From assembly GCF_008065095.1 (NCBI RefSeq), contig NZ_CP042911.1, positions 1,590,001 to 1,622,000 on the forward strand: a stretch of DNA of 32,000 nt, read 5' to 3'. Both the position numbers and the translations under genes were made by a program. Origin of the DNA: Gemmata obscuriglobus (GTDB lineage Bacteria; Planctomycetota; Planctomycetia; Gemmatales; Gemmataceae). Within the stretch, counting starts at the first letter, position 1, and the number at the start of each line of letters is the position of its first letter. Below are positions 17,183-24,882 of this stretch, one piece after another. The notes below the pieces were generated by a model that was not told the DNA's origin, made no database searches, and saw only the letters and a list, made by a program, of their open reading frames with translations.

Positions 17183-18561
17183 GGGGGTGCGTCTCGCAGG
17201 CGGTCCACGTTCGTGTCGGGGCGGGTGGGGAGCGTGATGCGGATGGTGGTGCCCGCCCCCAGGGCGCTCTCCACCTCGAGCGTGCCGTGGTGCTGCTGGA
17301 CGATGCGGCGGCAGATGGCGAGCCCCAGCCCGGTCCCCTTCCCCTCCTCCTTGGTGGTGAAGAACGGCTCGAACACGCGGTCCCGGAGCTCGGCCGGGAT
17401 GCCGACGCCCGTGTCGGCGATCTCGATCACCACCGCCGGGCGCCCGTCGGGCAGCGCCCCGGCCCGCACCCGGGGCACCAGCCGGCCGCCCCGGGGCATC
17501 GCGTCCGCGGCGTTGGTGAACAGGTTCAGGAACACCTGCCGCAGGTGCTGCCGGTCGGCGTGGATGTGCGGCACCCCGGGGGCGAACTGGGGCTCCACGA
17601 GCACCCCGTGCTTGCGCAGGTGGTGGGCCACCAGGTCGACGGTCCGGCTCACCTCCTCGCACACGTCCACGGTGGACACCTGGTCCCGCCCGGCCCGGCT
17701 GAACTGGAGCAGGTTGGCGACCAGGCCGGCCATGCGCTCGACCTCGCCCTCGACCACCTCGAGCGGCCGCCGCCGCGGGTCGTCGGCCGGGGTCTTCGCG
17801 AGCAGCCCCTCGATGCGTAGGCTCACCGTGCCGAGCGGGTTGTTCAGCTCGTGGGCGATGCTGGCGGCCAGCTCGCCCACGCCCGCGAGCTTGGCGGCCT
17901 GCCACAGCTGCTGGGTGGTGGCCCGCAGCTCCTCGGTCTTGGCCTGGAGCTCCGCGAGCGCCTGCTCCCGCTGCCGGGCGGTCTCGCGGAGCTGCGCCTC
18001 CGCGCGGGCCTGCGCGTCGGCGAGTTCGGCCTGCGCGCGGAGGTGCTCCAGCTCCCGCTGCGCGGCCTCGTACCGCTTGCGCTCGGTGGCGTCCCGCACG
18101 ATCGCGGTGAACAGCAGTTCGGCCCCGGCGCCGAACTTCGAGATCGACACCTCCGCCGGGAACTCGGACCCGTCCTTGCGCCGCCCGAACACCTCGCGCC
18201 GCGCCCCCATGAGCCGGGCCGGCGCCGGGGACCGGGCGAACTCCTCCATCTGCTCCGGGTGCCGGGCGCGGAACCGCTCGGGCAGCAGCAGGTCGATGGA
18301 CCGGCCCAGCATCTCCTCGGCGGTGTACCCGAACAGCACGGTGGCGCCGCGGTTGAACAGCACGATGTCGCGGCGCGCGTCGGTGGTGATGACCGCGTCC
18401 TCGGCGACGTCCAGTATCTCGGCCAGTTGGATCAAGGAGATACGCGCGCGTGCGGCGCTCCTGGCGGACGGCCCCGCGGGGTACAGGGCGCCCGTTTGTG
18501 TGGGATCGAGTAACATTCCGGCCCCACTGCTCATGGTTCCCGCTCGGCTACCCACCGTCAA
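17179..18561 (-). CDS. Cytoplasmic PAS-domain histidine kinase
   Basis: PAS domain (AVITTDARRDIVLFNRGATVLFGYTAEEMLGRSIDLLLP ... GRRKDGSEFPAEVSISKF), then a coiled-coil linker, H-box (HELNNPLGTV), N-box (LNLFTNAADAMP) and G-boxes (DTGVGIP, GTGLGLAICRRIVQQHHG). I see no TM segment. The start is uncertain: TTG 18561 (overlapping the stop of the upstream small ORF) or ATG 18534. Confidence 0.9.
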   Translation of the reverse strand: MTVGSRAGTMSSGAGMLLDPTQTGALYPAGPSARSAARARISLIQLAEILDVAEDAVITTDARRDIVLFNRGATVLFGYTAEEMLGRSIDLLLPERFRARHPEQMEEFARSPAPARLMGARREVFGRRKDGSEFPAEVSISKFGAGAELLFTAIVRDATERKRYEAAQRELEHLRAQAELADAQARAEAQLRETARQREQALAELQAKTEELRATTQQLWQAAKLAGVGELAASIAHELNNPLGTVSLRIEGLLAKTPADDPRRRPLEVVEGEVERMAGLVANLLQFSRAGRDQVSTVDVCEEVSRTVDLVAHHLRKHGVLVEPQFAPGVPHIHADRQHLRQVFLNLFTNAADAMPRGGRLVPRVRAGALPDGRPAVVIEIADTGVGIPAELRDRVFEPFFTTKEEGKGTGLGLAICRRIVQQHHGTLEVESALGAGTTIRITLPTRPDTNVDRLRDAPP

Positions 18562-18680
18562 CGGCTATTCGCCGCGCCGGACCCTTCGGGGCGCGGCGCG
18601 TGGCGAAACAACAGGTTGCTGAACCAAACCAGGATGGTCACCAACACGGCCCCGAAGCCCAGCATGATGAGCGCTTGCAT
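18558..18680 (-). CDS. Candidate 40-aa single-pass membrane peptide leading the kinase operon (not in the ORF track)
   Basis: Translating the minus strand by hand gives MQALIMLGFGAVLVTILVWFSNLLFRHAPRPEGSGAANSR. The SD sequence GAGGGG lies 5 nt before the ATG. 34 of 40 third codon positions are G/C, like the real genes here. It begins about 26 nt after the predicted P3 start site, and its TGA overlaps the TTG at 18561. Confidence 0.35.
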   Translation of the reverse strand: MQALIMLGFGAVLVTILVWFSNLLFRHAPRPEGSGAANSR

Positions 18681-18716
18681 TGCGTCCCCTCTGATAGTTG
18701 CGGTGCCGGGGCCAAT

Positions 18717-18732
18717 CGCAATCGGTGTGCCG
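18717..18732 (-). promoter_or_regulatory. Candidate sigma-54 (-24/-12) promoter P3
   Basis: The minus strand reads CGGCAC-ACCGA-TTGCG. The box lies 37 nt upstream of the small-ORF ATG and about 155 nt upstream of the kinase. Confidence 0.6.
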
Positions 18733-18801
18733 CAACGAACGGCGTCCAGATCGGCCGGTTGTGCGTGATAATCGGCCCGTTTTCACGCACTCTGGCAGCG
18801 C

Positions 18802-18845
18802 GGTGTGCGGAACCGGCACACGCACGTGTGCCCGGCATGTGCGGC
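18802..18845. promoter_or_regulatory. Cluster of TGTGC(C)GG / CCGGCACA half-sites (candidate shared enhancer for P3 and P4)
   Basis: Four sites are packed into 44 bp: GGTGTGCGG (18802-18810), CCGGCACAC (18813-18821), GTGTGCCCGG (18826-18835) and ATGTGCGGC (18837-18845). They lie 70-113 bp upstream of P3 and 38-81 bp upstream of P4. The same CCGCACACC core occurs twice upstream of P2. Confidence 0.35.
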
Positions 18846-18882
18846 TGCGGCGCGCGCCCCGGCCCGGTCCTCAGCGGCAGGC

Positions 18883-18898
18883 CGGCACACTTGTTGCT
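18883..18898 (+). promoter_or_regulatory. Candidate sigma-54 (-24/-12) promoter P4
   Basis: CGGCAC-ACTTG-TTGCT lies 60 nt upstream of the DUF2007 ATG at 18958 and is divergent from P3. Confidence 0.6.
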
Positions 18899-18957
18899 CA
18901 ATGGGTGAACGCACACCGGCTGGAGCGTTCCGGCGCGGTCATGCGAGGAGCAACCAG

Positions 18958-19197
18958 ATGAAACGCGACGACGGGAACGTGGTGCGGGTGTTCGCCGGCC
19001 CGCTGGTGCTGGTCGAGGTGTACCAGGGGAAGCTGAGGGAGGTGGGAATCGAGAGCCGCGTGGTCGGCACCGAACTGTCCGCAAGCCTCGGCTCGGCGCT
19101 CTCCGGTTCAACCGAACTGTGGGTGAAGGAAGAGGACCTGGAGCGCGCCACGGAACTGCTCACGGAAGAGGAGCAACGAGCGGCGGCCAAGGAATGA
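18958..19197 (+). CDS. Small DUF2007-like (putative signal-transducing) protein, 79 aa
   Basis: ATG at 18958 with GAGGAG 7 nt upstream. The translation MKRDDGNVVRVFAGPLVLVEVYQGKLREVGIESRVVG...ELWVKEEDLERATELL resembles the DUF2007 pattern as I recall it (a beta-alpha-beta fold with the hallmark: the protein is not essential ... V..a..l L...GI). The ORF-track start at 18805 would overlap P4. Confidence 0.75.
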   Translation: MKRDDGNVVRVFAGPLVLVEVYQGKLREVGIESRVVGTELSASLGSALSGSTELWVKEEDLERATELLTEEEQRAAAKE

Positions 19198-19238
19198 GGC
19201 CCGGCGGCGCGGGCTCGTGCTGTCAGGTGCGGGAGCTT

Positions 19239-19288
19239 GTGCGGCGGGCGGGCGCGGGAGGGCTCTCTCCCGCGCCCGCCCGCCGCAC
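19239..19288. terminator. 22-bp perfect GC-rich hairpin between convergent genes
   Basis: GTGCGGCGGGCGGGCGCGGGAG-GGCTCT-CTCCCGCGCCCGCCCGCCGCAC is followed by CCGTTTGGG on the plus strand. It lies 42 nt after the DUF2007 stop and 200 nt after the stop of the minus-strand HMA-like gene. Confidence 0.65.
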
Positions 19289-19487
19289 CCGTTTGGGACG
19301 CGCTCACATTGTCGGGACCATCGGCCGGGTGAGACGCGCGAGTGAAAACGACGAGTGTGTGTCGCGGCGAAGCTGGCCGGAACGAGAGCGCCCTTATTGA
19401 GAGCCCGTTCACCACCGCCGCTCCGGCGCCCTGTAACCGAAGAACGCGCCAGGACGCCGCCTGTGGAGAACGGGCGACGGAAGCCGG

Positions 19488-20060
19488 TCACATCTTGGGG
19501 ACCGGGACGCCGGCGCCCCGGAGCGCGTCTTCGAGCTTCGCGCGGTCGGTCCGCGTCGGGTCGATGAGCGCCGTCACCTTCCCCCCGTCTTTGAACGTCG
19601 CGGTCGCCTGCTCCACCCCGTCGATCTTCGCCACGGCCTCGTAAGCCGCGAGGCAGCACGCTTTGCAGTCGAGTACGGGGGCCGGGATCACGACCTCCTT
19701 GAGCTTGTCGCGCGGCACCGTCCGGCGGGGCTTCGCCCCGAAGGTGTTGCGGCTCGCCTCCCGCAACTTCTGGTCCAGCCGCTCGGCGACCTGCTCGGGC
19801 TTCGCCCCGGGGAACGCCTTCGCGGGCACGAACTCAACGGTGACCTCGGCGTCGGCGAAGTTGACCCCGACCAGGGTCACGTCCGCGACCGCCTTGAACG
19901 CCTCGCGCAGGTCGGTCTCGCGGTCGGGGCTGAACAGCCCGAGCACGCGGAACGTGGCGCGCTCGGGCTTCGGCGCGGGCTGGCCCTTGTTCTGGGCGGC
20001 CCCGCCGGTGCCGAAGCCGACAACCAAAAGCAGGGCACCGGACACGTGTGTGGCGCGCAA
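19488..20060 (-). CDS. Secreted protein with two HMA-like (ferredoxin-fold) modules, the second carrying CxxC
   Basis: The N-terminus is hydrophobic (VSGALLLVVGFGTGGAA). Module 1 is FRVLGLFSPDRETDLREAFKAVADVTLVGVNFADAEVTVEF. Module 2 is VLDCKACCLAAYEAVAKIDGVEQATATFKDGGKVTALID, which resembles the heavy-metal-associated GMxCxxC pattern. The start is TTG 20060 or GTG 20045, only 9 nt after the DUF1592 stop. Confidence 0.65.
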   Translation of the reverse strand: MRATHVSGALLLVVGFGTGGAAQNKGQPAPKPERATFRVLGLFSPDRETDLREAFKAVADVTLVGVNFADAEVTVEFVPAKAFPGAKPEQVAERLDQKLREASRNTFGAKPRRTVPRDKLKEVVIPAPVLDCKACCLAAYEAVAKIDGVEQATATFKDGGKVTALIDPTRTDRAKLEDALRGAGVPVPKM

Positions 20061-20069
20061 CGCTCGTCC

Positions 20070-22676
20070 TCAGCGGGTGTGGAACAACTTGCTCTCGACC
20101 AGTTCGTACAGCAGCGTGCGGGTGCCCCCGCCGCCCTTATTCGTCGCGGCCACCACGGCCGCGATCTCGTCCCGATCGGCGAACGACACCCCGCGGCCGG
20201 TCGCGTACACCGCGAGCTGGGCGGCGAGGTTGGCCAGCAGCGGGTCGCGGTCGCCCGCGAGTTGCGCCTGGAACTCCGCGAAGTTCGTAAACGTCCGCCC
20301 GTCGGGCTGCACGCCGCTCGCGTTCACCTTCGGACCGAGTTTGAAGCTGATGTTGACGAACGGGTCGATGGTGCCGCGCGGGGCCGGATCGCCCGTGCCC
20401 AGCGAGCGGTACCGCGCGCGGTGGCCGCCGATCACGTCGAACTCCTCGAGGGCGAACCCCGGCGGGTCGATCTTCGCGTGACACGACGCGCACGCGGCGC
20501 TGTTGCGGTGCTTGTCGAGCTGCTCCCGGATGGTGGTGGCCCCGCGCACGTCCGGCTCCACCGCCGGGGTGTTGGGCGGGGGCGGGGCCGGGGGCCGGCC
20601 GAGGATGCGGTCCAGCACGAACGCGCCGCGCGGCACCGGCGAGGTGGTCGTGCCGTTCGCGGTGACCTTGAGGACGGCCGCCTGAGCCAGGAACCCGCCG
20701 CGCGGCACGCCGGGCGGCAGCGCCACGCGCCGCACCTGTGTCCCGCTCACCCCGGGCACGCCGTAATGCGCCGCGAGCCGCCCGTTGACCATCACGAAGT
20801 CGGACCGCACGAGGTGGTCGGCGGTGAGGTCCCTGTCGAGCAGCTCGCGGAAGTACGCCCGCGGCTCCGCGAGCATCGAGTCCGCGAGGTACGGGGTGAA
20901 CTCCGGGTACAGCTTGCGGTCCGGTTCGTTCGACCAGAACTGCCGGAGCTTCAACCACTGCCCGAGGAAGTCCTCGACGAACCGCCGCGACTTGGGGTCC
21001 GCGAGCAGGCGGTCGGCTTCGGCGCGGAGCGCCCCGGGCGTGCGGAGCTGGCCCGCGGCGGCGAGCTTCGTCAGCTTCTCGTCGGGCATCGAGTTCCAGA
21101 GGAAGTACGACAGCCGGCACGCGAGGGCGTGGTCGTCGAGGGCGCCGGCCGGCTCGACGTGGTAGAGGAAGTCCGGCGCGCAGAGCGCCGCGCGGTACGC
21201 CCACCGCATCGCCAGCTCAAAGCAGTCGCCCTCCTTGAGCCGCGCGGCGACGCGCTGGACGTACTGCTTCCGCACCTCGGCCGGCACGGGCCGGCGGAAC
21301 GCCCGCGGCAGGAAGTCGGCGAGCAGCCGGTCCGCGTCGGCGAGCGGCTTGGCGGTCTGAACCGTCCAGAGGCCGGGGACCGGGTCCGGCTTGTTCAGGC
21401 TGCCGCTCACGCGCTGCCGCTCGGGCGCGCGGACCGGGAACCGCACCCCCGGGTGCTTCTGAGGGTCCGCCTCGCGTATCGGCAGGGTGCCGAACAGCCG
21501 CTGGTGCGCGACCGGGGGCCAGCTCTCGTGCAGCGGCCCTTCGACGTCCAGGTAGTCGCACGCGATCCCGGGGCCGGTGTACCCCATCGCCCGCTGGGGG
21601 CCGCGGGTGCCCCCGCCCACGATCGACGCGGCGTCGAACCCGATCTTGTCCCGCGGGTTCAGCCACGCCACCACCTGGTGCTTCTGTTCGGTGAGGGACG
21701 GCGCGTCGTAGTACCCGAGCACCGTGCCGGACAGCCGCGTGCGGCCGTCCTCGGCCGTCTGCACCACCGACAGGCGGGCCGCCTCGGTGCCGCGCGCGGG
21801 CAGCACCGCGCCCCGGTCCCACTGGAAGCTCCACAGCGACGCGGTCAGCTTGTACCGCCCGGGGTAGACGGCCGCGAACTCGCCGAAGCACGGGGCGAAC
21901 GACTCGTCCTCGTGGCGGAACAGGCCCACGCTGGCCCCGGACCGGAACACCCCCAGCCGCTCGTGCGCCCCCTGGTCCAGGTGCGCGTGCCGGCCGGCCG
22001 GCGGGAACTCGGGGGCCGGCTTCTTGTCCCGCAGCAGCACCCCGTCCCCGTGCAGCAGCACGTGCCCGACGATGTAGTCGGCCAGCGGCACCCGCTGCTT
22101 GACGGGCTTCGGGGCGGTCGGCCGCGTCGCGATGGCGGCGTCGAGCACGCGGTCGGCGGCGTCCAGGTACTTGGCCAGGTTCACGTGGGACAGGTCCAGG
22201 GCGTCCGCGTGCTTGTCGAACCCGTGCGCGGTGCCGTCCGGCGGCAGGTCGATTTGGAGCGGGATGCCCGGGAGGTCGAACAGGTCGCGGACGGTGTTCT
22301 CGTACTCCCCGCGGGTGAGCCGCCGGAGCCGCGTGCGGCCGCCCGTTGCGGCCGCCTTCTCGGCGGCGATGAGATCGTCCCGGAGCGCGCCCGTCGCCGC
22401 GGCGAGGTCGGCCGCGGGGGGGCGCGGGCGGCCCTTCGGCGGCATCTCGCCCCGCGCGACGCGGTCGTACACGAGGACCCACCGGGCGCGGTTCTCGGGG
22501 TCCGACGGGGCGAACGCGAGCGCGGCGAGGTCCAGGCCGCCGCCCTTGGTGTCGGCGTCGTGGCACCGGGTGCAGTGCGCCTCAAGGAACTTGGTCGGCG
22601 GCGCGGCGCCGGCCGCGGCCGGCAGGGCGGCGGCCGCGAGACACACGAGCGCCGCCCGCGCGAAAGGGTGAGTCAT
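20070..22676 (-). CDS. DUF1592-family multidomain protein with N-terminal planctomycete cytochrome c motif
   Basis: Signal peptide (MTHPFARAALVCLAAAALPAAAGA), then the haem-binding motif CTRCH within FLEAHCTRCHDADTKGGGLDL. A second motif, CASCHAKIDPPGFALEEFDVIG, lies near the C-terminus. The architecture is the DUF1587/1592/1595/1588/1585 type first noted in Rhodopirellula, and the gene is paired with a DUF1552 gene as is typical. Confidence 0.88.
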   Translation of the reverse strand: MTHPFARAALVCLAAAALPAAAGAAPPTKFLEAHCTRCHDADTKGGGLDLAALAFAPSDPENRARWVLVYDRVARGEMPPKGRPRPPAADLAAATGALRDDLIAAEKAAATGGRTRLRRLTRGEYENTVRDLFDLPGIPLQIDLPPDGTAHGFDKHADALDLSHVNLAKYLDAADRVLDAAIATRPTAPKPVKQRVPLADYIVGHVLLHGDGVLLRDKKPAPEFPPAGRHAHLDQGAHERLGVFRSGASVGLFRHEDESFAPCFGEFAAVYPGRYKLTASLWSFQWDRGAVLPARGTEAARLSVVQTAEDGRTRLSGTVLGYYDAPSLTEQKHQVVAWLNPRDKIGFDAASIVGGGTRGPQRAMGYTGPGIACDYLDVEGPLHESWPPVAHQRLFGTLPIREADPQKHPGVRFPVRAPERQRVSGSLNKPDPVPGLWTVQTAKPLADADRLLADFLPRAFRRPVPAEVRKQYVQRVAARLKEGDCFELAMRWAYRAALCAPDFLYHVEPAGALDDHALACRLSYFLWNSMPDEKLTKLAAAGQLRTPGALRAEADRLLADPKSRRFVEDFLGQWLKLRQFWSNEPDRKLYPEFTPYLADSMLAEPRAYFRELLDRDLTADHLVRSDFVMVNGRLAAHYGVPGVSGTQVRRVALPPGVPRGGFLAQAAVLKVTANGTTTSPVPRGAFVLDRILGRPPAPPPPNTPAVEPDVRGATTIREQLDKHRNSAACASCHAKIDPPGFALEEFDVIGGHRARYRSLGTGDPAPRGTIDPFVNISFKLGPKVNASGVQPDGRTFTNFAEFQAQLAGDRDPLLANLAAQLAVYATGRGVSFADRDEIAAVVAATNKGGGGTRTLLYELVESKLFHTR

Positions 22677-22730
22677 ACGGTGTGCCGCCTGGGGCGAGGT
22701 GAGTGGTGGGACGGGGCGGAGGGCCGGGCG

Positions 22731-23987
22731 CTACGCCGGCTCCAGCCCGCGCATGGTGCCCTTGCCCGTGGAGAACTCGCGCGCCTCGATCCCGAGCCGC
22801 TGGAGCATCGACACGAACAGGTTCGTCAGCGGGTAGTTGTTGGTCGTGTCGAACGCCAGGTGTTGACCGTGCTTGAACCCGCCGCCCGCCAGCAGCACCG
22901 GCAGGTTGGAGTTCGAGTGCGAGTTCGCGCTGCCCATGCACGTGCCGTACAGGACCATCGTCCGGTCCAGCAGCGTGGCGCCCTGTTCCTTCGCGTCCGT
23001 GAGCGCCTGGAAGAACCCCGCGAGCACGTCGAACTGGCCCTGCTCCTTCGCCCGCAGCTCGGCGAGCACCTCGGGCCGGTTCCCGTGGTGCGTGATGTTG
23101 TGGATCGGCGTCGTGTCGATGAACAGTGACACCAGCCGCGACGAGTCGGTCTCCAGCGCGAGCCGGATCACGTCGAACATCAGCTTCGTCTGTTTGGCGA
23201 ACTCGCGCCCGTCCTTCTCGTCCGTCGGCGGGGCCGCGGCCACCTTGGGCTTGGGCTTGTGCTCCCACGCCTCGGAGCCGGCGAGCCGCTGCTCGAGCTC
23301 GCGGACGCTCGTGTAGTACTGGTCCAGCCGGGCGCGGTCGGCGGGGGCGAGGGACCGGTCGAGCCGCTTCGCCTGGCCGCCGACGAAGTCCAGCGTGCTG
23401 CGCCCCTGGCGGAGCTCCGCCACCCTCGCCGCCACGTCGGCCGCCTTGCCCTGAACGAACAGCCGCTCGAACAGCTTCCGCGGGCTGCGCTCGACGGGGA
23501 TCGGGGCCCCGCTCCGGGTGAAGCTGAGCGTCTGCCCCTCGTTGCCGACGCCGAGCACGAGCGAGGGGTAGCGGGTCCGGTTGCCGATCTGCTCGGCCGC
23601 CACCTGGTCCAGCGACACCCCGTTCCGGAACCCGCCGCGCTCCGGGTGCGGGGTGCCCGTCAGGAAGCACTTCTCCGCGGCGTGCGCGCCGGTCACCTCG
23701 GGGTGACTGACGCCCGAGAACACCGTGAACTGCGTGCGGAACTTGCCGAGGCGCTCCAGGTACGGCGAGAGCGCGTACCCCGCCCCGGGCTTCTCCGGGA
23801 AGAAGTACTGCGGCAGGATCCCCATGTTCGTCTCGATCGCGACCATGCGCCGCGGCACGTCGGCCTTACCGGCGGCCCGGACCGGGGCCATCGCGTCGAG
23901 CAGCGGGAGGGCCAGCGCGACCCCGGCGCCGCGGAGGAACATGCGGCGCGACAGCGGCCGCGGGGCGGGACTGAATATTCTGTTCAC
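22731..23987 (-). CDS. DUF1552-family protein with Tat-type signal
   Basis: LSRRMFLRGAGVALALPLLDAM is the characteristic DUF1552 N-terminus and contains a twin-arginine motif. The start must lie upstream of the RR; I chose the in-frame GTG at 23987, while the ORF-track ATG at 24104 would add about 39 unlikely residues. It lies directly upstream of the DUF1592 gene. Confidence 0.82.
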   Translation of the reverse strand: MNRIFSPAPRPLSRRMFLRGAGVALALPLLDAMAPVRAAGKADVPRRMVAIETNMGILPQYFFPEKPGAGYALSPYLERLGKFRTQFTVFSGVSHPEVTGAHAAEKCFLTGTPHPERGGFRNGVSLDQVAAEQIGNRTRYPSLVLGVGNEGQTLSFTRSGAPIPVERSPRKLFERLFVQGKAADVAARVAELRQGRSTLDFVGGQAKRLDRSLAPADRARLDQYYTSVRELEQRLAGSEAWEHKPKPKVAAAPPTDEKDGREFAKQTKLMFDVIRLALETDSSRLVSLFIDTTPIHNITHHGNRPEVLAELRAKEQGQFDVLAGFFQALTDAKEQGATLLDRTMVLYGTCMGSANSHSNSNLPVLLAGGGFKHGQHLAFDTTNNYPLTNLFVSMLQRLGIEAREFSTGKGTMRGLEPA

Positions 23988-24644
23988 TATGTGTGACCAA
24001 TTAATGGCGAAGAAGGGCGACCGTCCCGGTCCGCTCGAACTGTAGCACGCCGTTACCGGAAATCCAAGGTTCCGGCCACCCCAACGGCGAGCGTCACAGG
24101 TCAACTGTCGCGGCGATTTAAAATCACAAACACATCAAACCATCAAGCGCCAGTTGCTCGCCGCCGAATCGGGTTCTAAAGCGTGTGTCATTCGGCTCCG
24201 GCGCCGACCGGACCGTGCGCCGGCCCCGTGTCGGGTATTACACCCTACGGCCGACGCTCTGTCAATTGAGCAGCCGTCGAAGGCACCCGCGCGAGCAACT
24301 CGGCCGTGCGGCTCGACCAGTATGAATGATAGACGGACGCGCCCGGCGGTTGGTAACTTGGTGCGTCGGGCGCGGAGCCGGCACCGGATTTGAGGGGTGG
24401 CATTGAGAGGCGTGACACCGAGTCCGGTCGCTTCCCGTTGGCGACAGCCGAGATGAGATCGATCGCAGGCCCGAACACGCCGACGTTGCACCCGCCCGCT
24501 GCCGCAGGCGGCTGGCACACGGAAAGGCGTCTCCTTCCGTAGCCGGCCCCGCATACATGAACCCGCCGTGGTGGTGGTCACGTGTGCGAGCGTGGGTGGC
24601 GTTTTGCGGCCCGTGCGGGGCGCGCGGTTCGGAAGGCCGCTTTT

Positions 24645-24710
24645 GACAGGATCGACAGGATGAAGACAGGCCGATTTTTCCATCCTGTTCATCCTGTTCA
24701 TTCTGTTTTT
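24645..24710. repeat. Inverted arrays of a 9-bp unit (ACAGGATGA / TCATCCTGT) followed by a T-tract
   Basis: GACAGGATC GACAGGATG AAGACAGG (24645-24670), then the spacer CCGATTTTTC, then CATCCTGTT CATCCTGTT CATTCTGTT (24681-24707), ending in TTTTT. This can fold as a hairpin of about 15 bp with a 2-nt bulge, or act as iteron-like protein binding sites. Confidence 0.6.
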
Positions 24711-24735
24711 GGTCTTTCCATCGCGCGTTCGTGCC

Positions 24736-24792
24736 CCGCTCCCGGGCGGTCGCGGCTCGTCAAGAAATGCGACACAACCACCGGGCACGTGG
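24736..24792. repeat. Single-arm copy of the 6420-6480 palindrome arm
   Basis: CCGCTCCCGGGCGGTCGCGGCTCGTCAAGAAATGCGACACAACCACCGGGCACGTGG aligns with CCGCTCCTGGCGGTCGCGGCTCGTCAACAAAGCGACACGACCATCGGGCACGTGT at 6421-6474, about 85% identical by eye. Confidence 0.55.
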
Positions 24793-24882
24793 ACGAGAGC
24801 GGCTACAGAATACGGCGTGGGCACCGATTAACCGGATTTCGGTCGTTTCAAGTTCGGGCCACGTAGCCGTGTACTGGCTCTC

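Noticed and set aside
17183-17905. N-terminal 240-aa extension of the response-regulator ORF in the track (15791-17905)
   Set aside because: The extension is an alternative frame through the kinase gene (Arg/Pro/Gly-rich). The real start is the ATG at 17182, which overlaps the kinase stop (ATGA) and is followed at once by the REC domain.
15884-18622. 912-aa plus-strand ORF antisense to the response regulator and kinase
   Set aside because: The opposite strand carries unmistakable REC/AAA+/HTH and PAS/HisKA/HATPase motifs. This frame is low complexity.
20046-23129. 1027-aa plus-strand ORF and several 350-450-aa minus-strand ORFs in other frames across the DUF1592/DUF1552 genes
   Set aside because: These are shadow ORFs. 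Only the frames for 20070-22676 and 22731-23987 (minus strand) contain the CxxCH, DUF1592-type and DUF1552/Tat motifs.
24379-24394. Plus-strand CGGCAC-CGGAT-TTGAG in the non-coding gap
   Set aside because: The invariant C of the -12 GC dinucleotide is replaced (TTGA), and no plus-strand gene follows.
24645-24710. Short tandem repeats considered as a CRISPR array
   Set aside because: The units are 9 bp, directly abutting with no spacers, and only three per arm. No CRISPR-like repeat-spacer periodicity exists anywhere in the window.
24135-24824. 229-aa minus-strand ORF and 79-98-aa ORFs in the gap between the DUF1552 gene and the IS relic
   Set aside because: The translations are Arg-rich with no motifs, and they run through the 9-bp repeat arrays and palindrome fragments. 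The ORFs show no SD sequence or codon bias.
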